Part shown: piece by piece, positions 1-15,200 of the stretch
How positions within the stretch are numbered: position 1 is the first letter of the stretch
How the letters are laid out: each line of letters opens with the position of its first letter
Assembly (NCBI GenBank): GCA_030141605.1
Contig: JAQGDQ010000045.1
Span: 186,001 to 250,000 of the forward strand
From: Tubiluchus corallicola
Taxonomy: Eukaryota; Animalia; Priapulida
Length of the DNA: 64,000 nt
Reading direction: 5' to 3'
Translations under genes and position numbers: made by a program
Notes under the pieces: generated by a model
Database searches by the model: none
What the model was told of the DNA's origin: nothing
The model's input: only the letters and a program-made list of their open reading frames with translations

Positions 1-79
1 CTACCGTTATCAAAATGTAAGTTTGGCCAAATTCATATGTAAATTATTAAGATTAATCACCATTTATGAAAAAACTAAC

Positions 80-215
80 CGTGTGTGCGATATTCCTAGG
101 AGCTGACGTTTCTGCAAAAGTCTTTTCAAGTTTATACATTGTTCTCCAATAGTTACCAACATCTGTTTCTACTGTGTCTGGCGAAACTTCTGCCATTGGG
201 GACTCCATCCATATC
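80..215 (-). CDS. DNAH7: DNAH7-like exon (IWMESPMAEVSPDTVETDVGNYWRTMYKLEKTFAETSAPRNIAHT)
   Basis: tgtag acceptor, gttag donor, in frame; DHC_N2-type motif. Confidence 0.9.
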
Positions 216-3200
216 CTACAAGACAAAATTCAGTACGTTAACACTTGCGAAACATTTATCTTTATAAAAACATCATTGTAAATATACTATGTACAGCTCA
301 AGGTTTATGTATTATATGTCTCGAAAATAATACTTAGATAACAAAAACAATCAGAAAAAAATCTAATGATAACACATTGATAAATTAGTGATAAAATTAA
401 AATAATGAATAATGAAAACTAAAAAAATAGATATAAATGTCTTTCTTTGCCATTTTCTGTTACAGATATAATAATAGTATAATAATTCATATGAACAGCA
501 TAAGCCTTATCTAGCTACATGTCAGAAAATTACAATTGCAAATTATTAAGACTTAAATTCGTAAACAAACTACATTTGCATAAAGTTTGGAAAATTGCAA
601 TCAAGTAATTGCTATTCATTTAAAGACAAAGACAATTAAGAAATTCACCAGAATTAAAGAGGATTTTAAGTTATGTAAATCTATGGCAGTATTCGCGAAA
701 TGCAAGCACAGAATTAACTACAATGGTTTCTGAACGTTATATTTGTTTTTACTTCTACATATCAAAGAAGTTGTTTTTATGTACTCCTCATGTCCATAAC
801 ACATATTTATCATTTTTAACTACTTTCTTGTTCTACTACTTTTACTAATTGTTGCAATAGCTCATGCCCCGTTGCCATTGCTTCCTTTTCTTCCATGATT
901 GACCACTGCCATTTGCAAAAATCAAATTGGAGTATGCAAAAACAGAACACAAAAACAGCAGTGAATTGAATTGAATTAAAAAAATTTTGCACAATCTACA
1001 AAATCTACAGTGGTGCAATAGTTGATTAGTATACAGGTAAAATGGGCCTAACTGCTACTGAGGGACTAACTGAATGAAAGGGGGAGCGGACACCGGGCCA
1101 ATAAAGAAGTCATCTAGTCAGCTGCCCTTTTAATATGTTAAATGATAAACGATCAAGGGCAGTACTAATGAGTACTGAGGTACAGACAAAAAATTAATTC
1201 AATCAGCTTGCTTTTCTAAATTAATAGCTTCTAAAAAACAGAAGTAACTAGTATACAGTATATGTATTTGCAGTTAGGTTGATAAACAGATGTTTGTTTT
1301 AAAATTTAAGTTTATTAAATTAAACAGCAATCTAAGTTCATTACAGAACATTTAACATAACATACTTGTGTTTTTCATCAAATTCCAGGGTTGTTTCATA
1401 CAGCTTGTAGTAAGGTTGTAAAGCATTTACAAGTTCTTGCCTCAGCGGGTACTTGGTTAATTCCCAGCCAAATGCTTCTTCTTCTTTGTTAAAACTTTCA
1501 ATCTATACAGCAAAAAATCCCTAAAGTGAGTAATCTTATAACATGTTTATATTGCAACATAAACGTGTTTCACATTAACTTGTTTGAAGACCTATAGTGC
1601 ATTATAATTGCATTATATGTGGCTATTTAAGCAAGAATTGTATTGAGAAGCACAATTTAATTCAATTTCAGTTTTATTTCAGACAAAATAAGTTAAAAGA
1701 AGATAAAAGAATGCCAAAAAGTTGACTGCACATAGTAAACGAAAAAAGATAAATAAGAGTTAGTTATACTACTGTAAACTATAAATGCTAATTAAAAAAT
1801 TAATATATTAAAAAATTAGGTACATAGATGAAGCATAACACATAGGTCTGCACATTTAAGTATGTCCGACAAAGCTGTGATATACAAGATATTAGACATA
1901 TAATAAGTTCCTCCATCTACTGTTAAGTTTACAGGTACGATAAACCATGATACACATCAGACAACCTGACAGTACAAATAAATTACTACAAGTTTTACAC
2001 ATGTGATAAATTATATTTAATAACTTTTGCTACATAAAATGATTTCTTTATGCTAGTTGCCAAAGTTTTTGCTTTTTTAACTTAAACCAAAATAATGTAT
2101 TATTAATGTTGTAATCAGTGCAACCACCTAGTATAAAAATTTCTTCCATTTAGCAAGTTACAAATGAAACGTAGATTAGACTAAGCAGACAAAAATTCAA
2201 TGAACTGTTGCAGATGAACTGTAAATTAGCCTGTAAATGAGGCCTAATTTTTACCTTTGCTGACTGGTATTTCAATTAAGATAGTTAGATAAATAGATAA
2301 ATGCCCATTATTAGCAACAATATTAATTATTCCCACAAGATGATTAACTGAAACTTAACATCTATAACGTAGACTGATATTTAATTCATTAGTTTGATTT
2401 TAGAACATAGATTCTTTTCACACATTGACATTTAAAGGAGTAATTATTAATAGTAAATAGTACTTCACCTTGTCTACTGCAGCAAGTAATCGTGCATCAA
2501 GTGCTTGAGCTTTTTTGAAATACCTGGCAACTTCTTCAAGATCTCCTAGCAGCTCGAGCTCTGCCAATTGACGAGACAAACCCTCAAGATCTTCCGTGAA
2601 TTTCTCCCGTCGCACCTGTATCAAACGTCAAGAAAAATGCATGAGGATGATGTCAAATAAATGTATGAAAATGTGTAAAGTTTTAATCTGTTCAGACCAG
2701 AGTTTTGCTGTGTGCCATTAGTGGCTATTTAAAAAAAGCCAACGTTTTTCTTTTAGTAATAGTAATCTTAACAAGACTAAATGATCCCGTTTATTACAGA
2801 ACAGGTCCAAGTTCGCATACATGTACCAAACGTCAAGAAAAACGCATGAGGATGATGTCAAATAAATGTATGAAAATGTGTAAAGTTTTAATCTGTTCAG
2901 ACCAGAGTTTTGCTGTGTGCCATTAGTGGCTATTTAAAAAAAGCCAACGTTTTTCTTTTAGTAATAGTAATCTTAACAAGACTAAATGATCCCGTTTATT
3001 ACAGAACAGGTCCAAGTTCGCATACATGTACCAAACGTCAAGAAAAACGCATGAGGATGATGTCAAATAAATGTATGAAAATGTGTAAAGTTTTAATCTG
3101 TTCAGACCAGAGTTTTGCTGTGTGCCATTAGTGGCTATTTAAAAAAAGCCAACGTTTTTCTTTTAGTAATAGTAATCTTAACAAGACTAAATGATCCCAT

Positions 3201-6200
3201 TTATTACAGAACAGGTCCAAGTTCGCATACATGACTGTGTACATCAGTTGATTACGCCTAGTACAGTGCAGTTTAGCCATGTATGACTGACCAATGCGTA
3301 AAGCCTCACGACTAATTCTCACTTGACTGTGTCTGTTCCAATGTGGTTTACTCATGTGCAGACTAAGCAGTTTGCCCTAATTTTCATATTTTAGCTCTTA
3401 TCCTGGGCCCGTAAATAATCTCAGCTTTTTTATTCATACCACGGTTTGAGTTCCTATCCTAGGTGTATACCCTGCAAGTCTCCTGCCATTACGTATTATA
3501 GTTTTCAAGTTGTTCGATGCTATCAATTGATTTTTAAGATTGGATGCCTAACAAGCAACAACAAGAAGAAAACAGCAAACTGGTTCTCTCAGAATTGCAA
3601 TGCTCACGGATAAAAAATTCAAAATGATTATAAGTTTTAGAATTTTAAGTGTCAGATGCTAAACAACTATTTTACCCTGAGGTTCTGCTCGTATTGAGCA
3701 TGTTTCTCTTCAACAATTTTCCTGTGTTCAACAAACACCTCTTCTATTCGCTTATGCCAGGTAAATGTGTTACTGTTCAGCCTGAGTTCAGAAGGCGTAA
3801 ATGTCGTGTAATCGGCCAGAAATAGTATCCTTTCTTTAGATGCATCAAGTTCAGCCATAAGGCAAGGAAGTGTCTTGTCTTCGACTTGCTTGATGTACCT
3901 CTAGAAAAAATATCAAATCATTAGCAGATGCTGATTTAGATGTTTCAAAAGTCCCTGATTATTTAAAAAAATATTGAAAATTAATAGCAGTTATAAAAGG
4001 AATCAATCACAATTTGATAGTTGAATCTACATTTCATGAGAATTTTAGTGGCATCAAACTTGTTTACTATTTATAAAGCCGTGACACACAAGGAGGACCA
4101 GCGGCAAGCTCGTCGCTCAGCCACCTTTGTTCTACCAGTACACAACAGGTGCTCAGTAAAGGCTGAATAGGTCTGCGGCGGCTAGAGAATCCTGTTTCAA
4201 TGGTACACAGTTTGAAAAAAAGTCTGGACATGAGTAGGATTCGAACGCAGAACCCTTAAATTAGTAAATACTTCAAACTATTATGCAACAGTACTGATAT
4301 AAAATGTAGCTGCAAAATTGTATTCACAGTAAAATTTAGTGTTTTAGAAGTAGTGTAATATTGACAGTAATATAATTATAGTCCATCGTAATCACTACAA
4401 AAAAAAACTGGCACACAGAAAAAATAAATGATGTTAACACAAAATAACAACAAGCCAAATAATCATAAATTTTCAAAATTGCTGACAAGGTTTAGGCTCT
4501 AATTCAAATAGCTTTTGCACTCTGTTTAAATATAAAGCATGGATTTCTCCAATTGGCACAGATAATCTACAATGTACAATAACATGTGACTCGTCTTTAA
4601 TAGAGACATTATAACAACTGCATACATTGTTTTCATCAGATATGGATGGCCTCGCCCATTTACCTCTATTCTCAATCTCAGATGATGAGACGACAGCATA
4701 AACCTACTCAAATGGCTTTGAAAAGAATCAGGAAAGAAAATAATAACTGTTTATACAATGTTAATCCTATTAATATTTGATAATACAGGTTAGCTGTTTA
4801 ACGGCAATGTATACTAACTTTAAGCTCTACAAGTTCCTCTGTGTTTGTTGGTGTAGTCAAGGCTTTCAATGCAATTTGCTCAAAATCTGCACATATTCTA
4901 CAAATACATAAAAAATCAATAAAGTCACAAAGTCCTGTTCATTCGTAAGAGCTACTTTTTGCTACTAATTTTTGTAAGTAAACCAAACTCAGTAGCATCG
5001 ATATCAGAGTGGAACACTGCTAGAAGAGTACAATGAGATAAGGCCTATTTGGTTCTCATATCAGCTAATGAAGAGTGAAGGTACACTTACTTTTTGTTGC
5101 TTTTTCAGCTCCAAATGATAAAAAAATTCAGAGAACAATGAGCTTGGACTACCCCACCAAGCAACAAGCTTAAATTTTCTGCTTATTTTTTTCAATGTGT
5201 AAATATAAGTGCCTGCATTTCAAAATCAAAATTTAGCAAAAAACAGGTTTATCAAGACAAGAATTTTTCACAATGAATACATATTTCACACTGCAACAAA
5301 CTTCTGAAGCACACTGACTAACAAGCAATAAAATCAATGCACTTGTTCAGAAGTATGCACAAAAAACTTTGCAAAAGTACATGTAGGTAAACTTTGTTGC
5401 AATAGCAGACTGTGTATGTCAAGGATTTTTGTTTGTTAAATTTAATATAGCATTTTACAGTTACAAGTGGCGGCATCTGGCTTTAATATTTGCGACCTAG
5501 TCAAATACCGGTCATTCAAGTTTCAATGTGTTCAAGTGATGACGTGTTTCTGTTGACTCACGATTTAATGCCAACGATGTATGTAAATTTTATTTAGTTA
5601 TTTACTGAAAGTCTCTCATTAATTTCACTTAATCGTAATCGATCGTTTGATAAGAAATGAATTAGTTTACTAAAGGAATTTATATATCTCGTTTCAGATA
5701 AAATGTATAATTTTGGGTAATGGCGTCTCAGTGTCAGATATGAAGTAAATGACGAAGGAGCATGTGATGTGTAGATGGTATACAAACAATAAACTATTAT
5801 GTTCAGCAATAAATGATGACTTTGTTTGTCACTAAACCCAAACAGTGTATAATATACTTACAATATATTATAAATAATATAATATAACATAACATAATAT
5901 AATGTAATATAAATAAAATATAATATAATATAATATAATATAATATAATATAATATAATATAATATAACATAACATAACATAACATAACATAACATAACA
6001 TAACATAACATAACATAACATAACATAACATAACATAACATAACATAACATAACATAACATAACATAACATAACATAACATAACATAACATAACATAACA
6101 TAATATAATATAGTATAATATAAATAACTGTGTATAATAGTTAATTAATATGAATAGCAGATATGTAACATTATGCAATATACTGCAGATAAACATTATT

Positions 6201-9200
6201 ATTCATCTTGAATATATTAGTTTGATGCTGTAGTAAATAAGGTATAACTAACATAATTCTTGTTACAGATTTGTGACTGTGTGACTTATTGTGCATTAAA
6301 TTTAGCTGCATTTGTAAATAAGGCACAAAGTACTTACTTTTCATTTGCAGTTTTGTGATTGTGAGTCATACTGCCAAGGATTTTATGGCACAAGTGCTCT
6401 GCTTTTTTCACAAGTGCACTAATTAGTTCACTGGTGTTGACTTCAAACATGCCACATGGTACAATCTAAACATTCAGGATTACCTTACAAGACATCAAAA
6501 CATGACAAAGTCAAATTTAGAAAATCAAACTTTGACACAAATTAATGACCACTGGTCCAAAAAACATTGTGTATTGATCAAGGACTTGAGTTCCATTAAC
6601 TAATGAAAAGGACACCACAATGTTCTGAAAACAGCTTCACAAGCACAATAAGAAATTTCAGTATGTATGAAGCTTAGAGATACAATATAGTATCCGAGTT
6701 CTTGTTTTTATGAATCTCCAATCTCTAAAAGCCATGTCTCAAAACTTTAACACAAGGCTGCCGTTTTTAACCTAAAATTAATATCTACACTGAACTGTAA
6801 TGAACGAGATGTTGACAACAAAACAAAACAGGAATGCAAATTTCACTTGTTTCATTTTGTACAAAAATAGCAACAACTAGATCAAGGCTGCAACATTAGC
6901 AACAAAGATCAAAAACAAGACTAACACCAAAATACTTACCCCTGTCTAAACTCTAAACATCATGATAAGCTTGCATAAACTATTTACTAGAATGACAATT
7001 TTTCTTACTTAGAAGTATAGCAGTTAAAGGCATGACTATAAAAAGCAACATTACTGTAAAAGCAGTTAACAAGGATGCTCACTGTGTTAGAGGATGCAAC
7101 TATATCTTCTTGAACATGTTTATATTTCATTACGAGTTCCACATAATCGTTGAAATTGTGCTGCTCGGAAAAAAATGTCTCAATTTCTTCTTCTGCCTGC
7201 AAATGATCCTAAGCTTGTACAATACAATATAATACATCATGTCCCAAGCGTCTCAAATAGCAGACCCTGCCATCGAATGCTGGATTCCGGTGTGCTTAAG
7301 AATATATAAAAACCATTGCACTCGTATGTCAGAAAAAAAATATATGTGCAAATTAACAGGCATCATTACAAATTCCCTATTACATTGCAACTGATCACAT
7401 TTCCAGTGCTTATACTGTAACACTTTATAATATTTTAATCTGCAAAATAAAAAAAGAAATGCAAAGAAAATGTGAAATTTACTTACCTTGTTGATTATGA
7501 GAAAGTCATACTTCTCAAAAATGGAAGCATACTGTTTCGGTCCTAACATGGCCTTCTCTAATATACTCTTTACAATTACCCTTGCATCGATTATTACCTC
7601 TGTTTGTACTGTGGGCTTCAGATTTTCAATCTTGAATGATATCTTCATATAAAAGTAAAAGCAAAACAAAGAAAAATGCAGCAAATTTTAAAAGTGACAA
7701 GGTTGCAGCTGAATTTTTAAGATGTTTTTGATTCGTATGAAAGATGTGCGTTCGACAATCACTCAAGGCTGCCTCATTCATTAACCTTGGCTGTTTATTT
7801 CTTAAGTAAATTTCACACAAAATATGCAAATAAATTTTTTGAGCTCTACGCTAAAATAAAAGATAAAATCATTGATCTTGACAAACACATGCCAGGTTTT
7901 AACATGAATGGAAACAATACAGTAGCATTTGTTTTTTTATTTAAACATAATGTGCAATGTCACTCAGCACTGGTAGGCAAGGGTTAAAATTTATAAGTTT
8001 AAGCAGCAGTAATTATGAAGGTTCAGCAGCGGTTAGCAACCAAGATCTAGTTTTTTATCTTCTTTCTCAACGGCTGCTTACTTTACTGATACCCAAGTGG
8101 TAATGGCATGCACTTAGCAACTAAAGTTAAACGGCACTGTGCCTTGTCAGAAATTGTATGACAGTTGATTGCCTCTATATTTTTTCCACTGTATTATTTA
8201 TTTTGACCTTAGAGGATGTATACATATGCAAACGTGACTAAGGCATCTCTGTCTGTTCAGAAGCGAGTCCTGCCACAATAAGTAGGCCATGCCACTGAGC
8301 ATGAAGTACTAGCCTAAAGTGTATAAAAATAACTGTAGACTGTTGGGGGTAGGACACCAAAACTGAGAACTGATCAGCATGCATTATAAATTAGTACAAA
8401 ATTTGTACAAAAGAAACTATTGGCTTACGGTATCTGGTAATAATTTGCTTTCTACCCGAGGAACGATACCAACAGCAGCAACCATCATATTCAAAACATT
8501 GAGCAAAACAATCTCAAAGTCCTCAGCATCTGGTTCAAACTGTATACGATTGTCTTCAAGAACGAAACGCAACACTAGTCGCATATGCCGGCGATACGGC
8601 TCAGTGTGCTGAAATTTTGCATTTTTTTTATTGAAAAAAGACTTCGTTTTTATTAGCTGCAAGAATAAATCCTAATTCCTAATAAAACAAAAATAAGAGA
8701 TTTAATTATTACTACATCATTGATCAATTGTAAATATGAGAAGTCTTAGACGAGAAAATTTTAAAAAGAAGAAGAAAGAATGAAAATAAATTCAACTGAA
8801 CTTTATAATGTTTTAATCGCATTTGGTCTGCAACTATCTCAGAATTGGCATATATCAAAGAAGTAACTGACAGTTCTAATCATGACAAACCATGATCATG
8901 ATCAAAATCATCTCTAGAAACCTAATTACATAAGAACAGTATGTTAAGTAGAGTTTCGATAATCGATTAATTTATTCATTTATTTCTCGCTAATTTAAAA
9001 AGTAAAGTAAGCCCTAAAGTTTCTTGAACATGCAATATAAATATGGAAATATATCTTTCCATGTGTTAATGTGTAAATGAGTGCAGTTGGCATTAAATTC
9101 GCAGCTCACCAGACAATGAGAGATCATAGTAGCATAATCATCAATGGAAGCTAGCACAAGGCTTTGCAAATTTTGCGTCATCAGAACAGCGGCTGTTTCA

Positions 9201-12200
9201 AAGAAATGTGCAAGTCGATTACGTTTCTGAATCGGAGGAACAAGTTTTTTCTTACTTCCCCGAAGGAAGATATTCTGTACTTCAACAAACCACCTACAAA
9301 TGATATTAAATGGTATAGACATGTAGGACAGATGTCATTTCCTTTAGAAAAACAGCAAAATTACAATGACATTAGTTATGGAACAGTATATAAAAGATAC
9401 TTAGCTTGTAGACACTTAGCACTAATATATGTTCAGTTGTTTAATATAAAATTTAAGTTATTGAACAATTGTTTGTATTTTGTTTTCAATAAATGGCCCT
9501 ATTTTTAGTTGTTACTTGCTATACAGCTCAGAACTCTGCAAACTAGCATCGAGCACTTAATTCAGAGCCTGCTGCCTGTTATTAATAGTCATGGATCTAC
9601 TGGAACCTACCACTATGGAACAAATAGCTAGCGCTAAACAGCAAAAGAAACTGACAGTTTATCTAGCAGTCACTCATCAATTTATTAGCCAGATCTTGTG
9701 CTGCTGAACTTCACAGCTCAGCACACACAGTGATTCAACTATTTCACTTGTCCTAATACTGTATATAAAATGAAAACAGAAATAGTTGATATATATACAT
9801 AGCTAATGGAACTAATAGAATGGAATAAGAAACAGAACTATGGTAAATGATCTTTGAAGTTATAACATACTCTTTAATCAAGATAAGTTTGGTGGAGTCA
9901 ATCATGCTAGCAATTTGCTGTTGAAAAACTGGCAATTCCAGGGCTTCCATACGATCCTCCAATTCACTCGTTCTCACAAACCGTAAGTTTCTACGTCACA
10001 GAAAATATTGAATTTAAACTTACTGCTACAAAAAACACAAGTGGCAATACGTTTTTTAAGTTCATTTGGCCAAATTATATAGTCACGAAATTATTATGAA
10101 AAGGAAAAGTAAGTTGGGCAATATATATAAATTAATTATGAGCTCATTTGCTATTCTTATTGTCACTGTTACTGAAGCAAGCAAAACCTGTTGACTTTCG
10201 CATTTCTACTAGCTATGCCCACAGAATGATTTTGGTCAATGTGCAACTTTTCTCTGCTTTCCATTTATTAAACTATTTAAGGCAATTTTTGTGCAACTGT
10301 GTCTAATTTAAATGTGGTATTGTGTGATTGTTGATGTCACCCGCTCAAAGATTTTTTATCATTAAATACTGCTTAACCGAAAAAGCAATCATGTCTTAGA
10401 CAGAAATAATTTTCTTGAAAAATAAATGCTTAGTGGCCCCCTGTAAAGCATGATGATCAAAACTTTCTAAAAAATTGTGTTGGGCATGGTGTAGATCTCG
10501 AGATCTAGGATGGACATGTACATACCTTTTGTTCCATTATTATTAGATGAGGAACATAAAATAATAAAAAGCAGTGAATTTATCTTGATTAGCAACTAAT
10601 AAAAAACATATAATATACAAAAAATATATAAGTGTATAATCAACTACCTATAGGAAGAATACCAAAGGTCTAGAACAGCTGCCATGCACGGGTTAATTGC
10701 AAAAAGCTTGTCTGCTATTGCTCTTCGTGCAAACCAGAATGACTTCGCCCACACCTTTGGCACCTACAGAAAAGCAAACTTTTGCTCAGTTTCATCAATA
10801 AGGAAATAACTCTTCACCACAAAAAATAAAAACAATTAATAAAAAATCTCAAAATTCATAAATGAAAAGAACTGGTATTTTTTCCACTATGTTATTTGTA
10901 AGAGTATTGTATTTCTCTTTTATGGGTTTTCTGAATTGTGAATTCTGTGCTAATTTTGTGAATTTAATGACTGTGTTATCATTATAAATCCCCTGAAATA
11001 GTACTTTTGTACTTTCTCATATTCTTTTTGCACATCTGACGCATCACATCTTTTCATTTCTTTAATTGTATGGCATTTTATTGATTGGCGGCACTATTGA
11101 GGATCAGCAATAGTGATTTCTGCATACTTTCCATAAAAACAGACAGCTTGGATAGATTCTTGCATTCACAGCTGTGGTCTTTTTTGATTGTGTTCAACAA
11201 ATAATGACGATGATGTGTGACAAATGACCACTGGGTCTCACTCTTGGAACTAGCTCTCTACTTGGTGCTCTAGCGTATCCAATATGGATGTTTACTGTTT
11301 TTGCAACTTCCCTGAATTTTTTCACCAGTAGCATGGCAATGGAACTTCTTAGGAGCCCTAAGACCATAAGGCTTAGATATTTATAGTTTTACGTAGCAGA
11401 ATCAGAAAAAAACATTGAATATATTGCTGAATATCTCACTACATATGGAATGGTAAAAAATTTGATCAAGGAAAACCATAAAAATTTAATACCAATATCT
11501 GTGTGCATTACCATTATGTAATGTCATTCATGTTACAATGTATCTGCTATTGATACAAAAAAAATAAATAAACAGAATCAAGCGTAACAACAGGGTCAAA
11601 ACTAAATATTGATAAGATTTTATATATGTTCGTGACACATTAAATAATAGTATGAATGAAAACTCAATCATCCAACTGTCGAGGAAGACAGCTTATTGTT
11701 GAAGCATTACTGCACGTGATACCTGTAATAATTCCTGTCGATGTTCAAGTTTATAATTTGGTCTGTCTTCATCATCTTGTCGTCTGGGATCCTTCAGTAC
11801 AAAGTCAACTGCAACAAATGACCAGAAACACACTCTAGTAACCATATTTATTACCAAATAATTAATATAGGGTAATCGATAATACATATCTTTTTTCGGT
11901 TCAACATACCTTTGTTGCCATTTTTGTTTATCACTACTTAGTTGTTACATGAATAGGTCCCTACCAGCAGACAACGATGACAAACAATAAGTCATTGACT
12001 TCAATGTGATTGCCATTTGTGACATTTATTCAGCAGTCAAATTAAAGTTACAAACTCACTGTGACTAATATAAGTAAAATTAACGTATCATGCCTACGTG
12101 TGGCACCACAGTATGTTTCATTATATGTTATATGCCGTGTTTCCAACAATAGAAAACGAAATACTTGCCAATGGCCTTTTTCATGCTGATCAAATACTCT

Positions 12201-15200
12201 TCTTTTATTTCGTTGGAGAGCAAACAGATTTCCTTTTCTCGGTTCACCTAAACAAATAAACATTCTCTCACATGGAAATGAGCCAGCAGTACTTAAGGCT
12301 TGTGACGCAACGCAACTGAAAGCAATTGTACACTCGGCAAGTCGCTGGAACAGGCGGCATGTAGTACACCGCTAGTTACAAATATATCCAGTCGACATAA
12401 GCTCACCACGCAACTCAACTCAACACAAAGCAAATCTGTTCCGGTAAATTGCTCCTGTTCTACCTGCAGCGTACAGTATTCACCTAGTTTTAATTGATTG
12501 CAGCAACCTAAGCATTGTTTGCAACTCGGCAGAACTGAGTTACAGGATACCACCAAACACTGGTATTTTATTTTTTAAGACGGTGTGAACACCCTTCGCT
12601 GTACAACGTAAAACAAGTACTGATTGCCATAATAAATTCATTTGGCAAAAAACAGCTAAACTTTTTTATTTGATCATAAAACATAAAATAACTAAATGTT
12701 ATGGTTCAGTGGTTGAATGTTATACTAAACTGCCATGCTTCTGCCACCCTTGGTTAACTACATCCAAGGTCCTCACGAAAAATACTAAAATTATCACAAA
12801 AAAATAACACACACAGATGTTCACATAGAAAGCATGGAAACATCTGTGCAAAATGATTAATATGGGAATCTAACTGATAACCAAAGCAGGTAAGTAGTTT
12901 TCGAAATCCCAGTGCCGGGGTCAGATGTTTGCGAGCCTGCCAAATTGTGCAGTTGTATAAGACCTGAAACTTTAGTGGCACAAAAATTTGGCAGAAATTT
13001 ACCATTCAAAAAGAAACATTAATTTTGTTTAGTTTTCATAGTCCATGTTCATGCCACTACTCATAAAATGAGAACAAGAATTTCTGAATAGATAAAGGTT
13101 TAAAAAAATATAAATCTTCAAATTGATAGCTAATGTAATCAGTTTCATTGGAAAAATTCTTGTTGTATGTGTTATGATCTATATTCGGACAAAAATAGGT
13201 TAAAACTGCAGCAGGATATAAACAATCTGCCTTTTTTAGTAGAAAGCAAAATCTTTTTTTAAAGATTTTTTTATTTGCGCACGTCCAGTCGCTGTCGACT
13301 TGAGCAGTGTTGTGACTCACATGAACTCATAAATACCTAGTTATGTGCAGTTGCTGCAAATCAGCCGTAGTGTATCTGAGCATGTGTGTACGACTGGTGC
13401 TTGGCAGCTGAGGTGAATTACGTCGCATAGCAAGTCGACGTAAGCTCGACTGCAAAGCTCAAAAGCCGCAAAACACCATATTATTGTTCCAAACCGGATT
13501 AATTCCAGCCACACAGGGAAATTTCCTTGTTTGTAATACCATGTAACCCTGCAACTATTAACTTGGTATGGCTTATAAATGAACGCTAAAACATTACATA
13601 AATTTACTGAAAATTTCTACTAATTTAGGTCTATTTAAATTACATTCAAGATTGCCATCTGCTTAGCATTTATTTATTAACAGGTGATAATTTAAGCAAA
13701 AGATCACTTATAAGCAAATCTTCTACATACACTATCTGATCCTACAACACATGCCAGGGAATTTTTTACCTTGAGACCTGTTGCCAGTAGTCGAAGGATA
13801 TTTGCTAATGTATCATCCTCCATGTGAGCTACATGTTCTGTGTCGATGCCATTGTGAATATAGTAATAATACCTCTGCATAAAAATAATCAATGTCAGAA
13901 CTATCAAACTAAAACCTTAGACCTAGATACATAGACATGTGTATTTAAGCATCAACTATATATCTGAGTTAATACTTTGACTCTTAAAACTGACAAGCTC
14001 AAGAAAGAAATTACCAATATATTTTTTTCTGTTTTAGAAGGAATCTGCTCAAGCAACAAACTGTCACTTAATCCTGCAGTAGATTTTGTTCCTTGCGCAT
14101 CTGGGGATTCCGTCTGCCTGTAAGGATAAAGTACAGTTAAGTGTTAATTAACTACAATATTTTGCATTTCTGCCTTTTTATCAAGGCTAATATATCAAAA
14201 CATGGTAAATGCTGTTCCCATTAAAACTTGTCTAGAATATTATTTAAAAACAAAATACTAAAAATCATAGCTATTCTTGTCGTTACGAATTAATTCAAGC
14301 TAGTGCAGAAGCTTTGTGCAAAAGTTGCTTCATAAGACACAAAAAAGTTAAATAATATATGTATTTTATACAAGCTAGTTAATGATATTTACAGAGTTAA
14401 AGGTACAACAAATTTTAGCAAAAGATGTTGATTTCCGTTAAAAAATGGTGGTAAGACTTTCTACTACATGCCTCTTTCAGTAAATTGCAAAGAACAAAAT
14501 TTCAATCCTGATTCAATATAAAAGGATACATGACATGCAAAACATAGACCATATGAAATGGAAAAAAACAGCCCATAATCAGTCACTCTTAATAATTTGT
14601 TTTTATACTCATGAAATTAGCAGTGAACTATGTAAAAAGTGCGTGTTCTGCAACTACACAAAACTGTCTACAATATTCAGTAATCTCAAAACACTTTCTC
14701 AATGGTGCAATGTGCACATGCGTTGGATTGGCAACGTCCACCATAAAAAATCTTCTGTCTTCGACACAGAATTTCTTGAAATTAAGAAATTTTTAATGTT
14801 TTTAATACTTACTTGGGCCACCGTTAGATAAGCTTTCTAGTTCATAATAATTAATTGTTTCACTCATTATTAGGTAACTGTATGCAGCATATACTTACAT
14901 TATAATAGAGACGAGGGCATTACGAAACTTTTCTCGTTGTTTCTTCAGTTTAGCTTGCTGTGTGAGATGAGCTTTGGCTCTTGCAGCTACAGATCCTTTA
15001 TACGTTTCAGGCTTCTTTCGCTTTTTTATCTCTAAATCAAGAATAAACGACATGTGTATATGTGTGTGGGTGTGTGCGTGTGCACGCGCGCATGCGTGTG
15101 TGTGTATGTATGCATCAGAGCTGTGCAGTACCACTTATTCTGGGACCGCAAATCTGCAAAGAGTGGTTCCGTAGCTTCGCAAAATCTGCGGATAGCATAA

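Noticed and set aside
2705-3131. Two identical 73-aa ORFs suggesting a duplicated small gene or array
   Set aside because: By-product of the 205-bp intronic tandem repeat; TTG starts, no recognisable protein, no spacers (not CRISPR)
5803-6196. MLCYV-repeat proteins
   Set aside because: Translations of a pentanucleotide microsatellite
12290-13500. Two GC-richer patches sharing GTCGAC(A/G)TAAGCTC motifs and a GGTGTGAAC end
   Set aside because: Probably old transposon fragments, but no paired termini or TSD could be established
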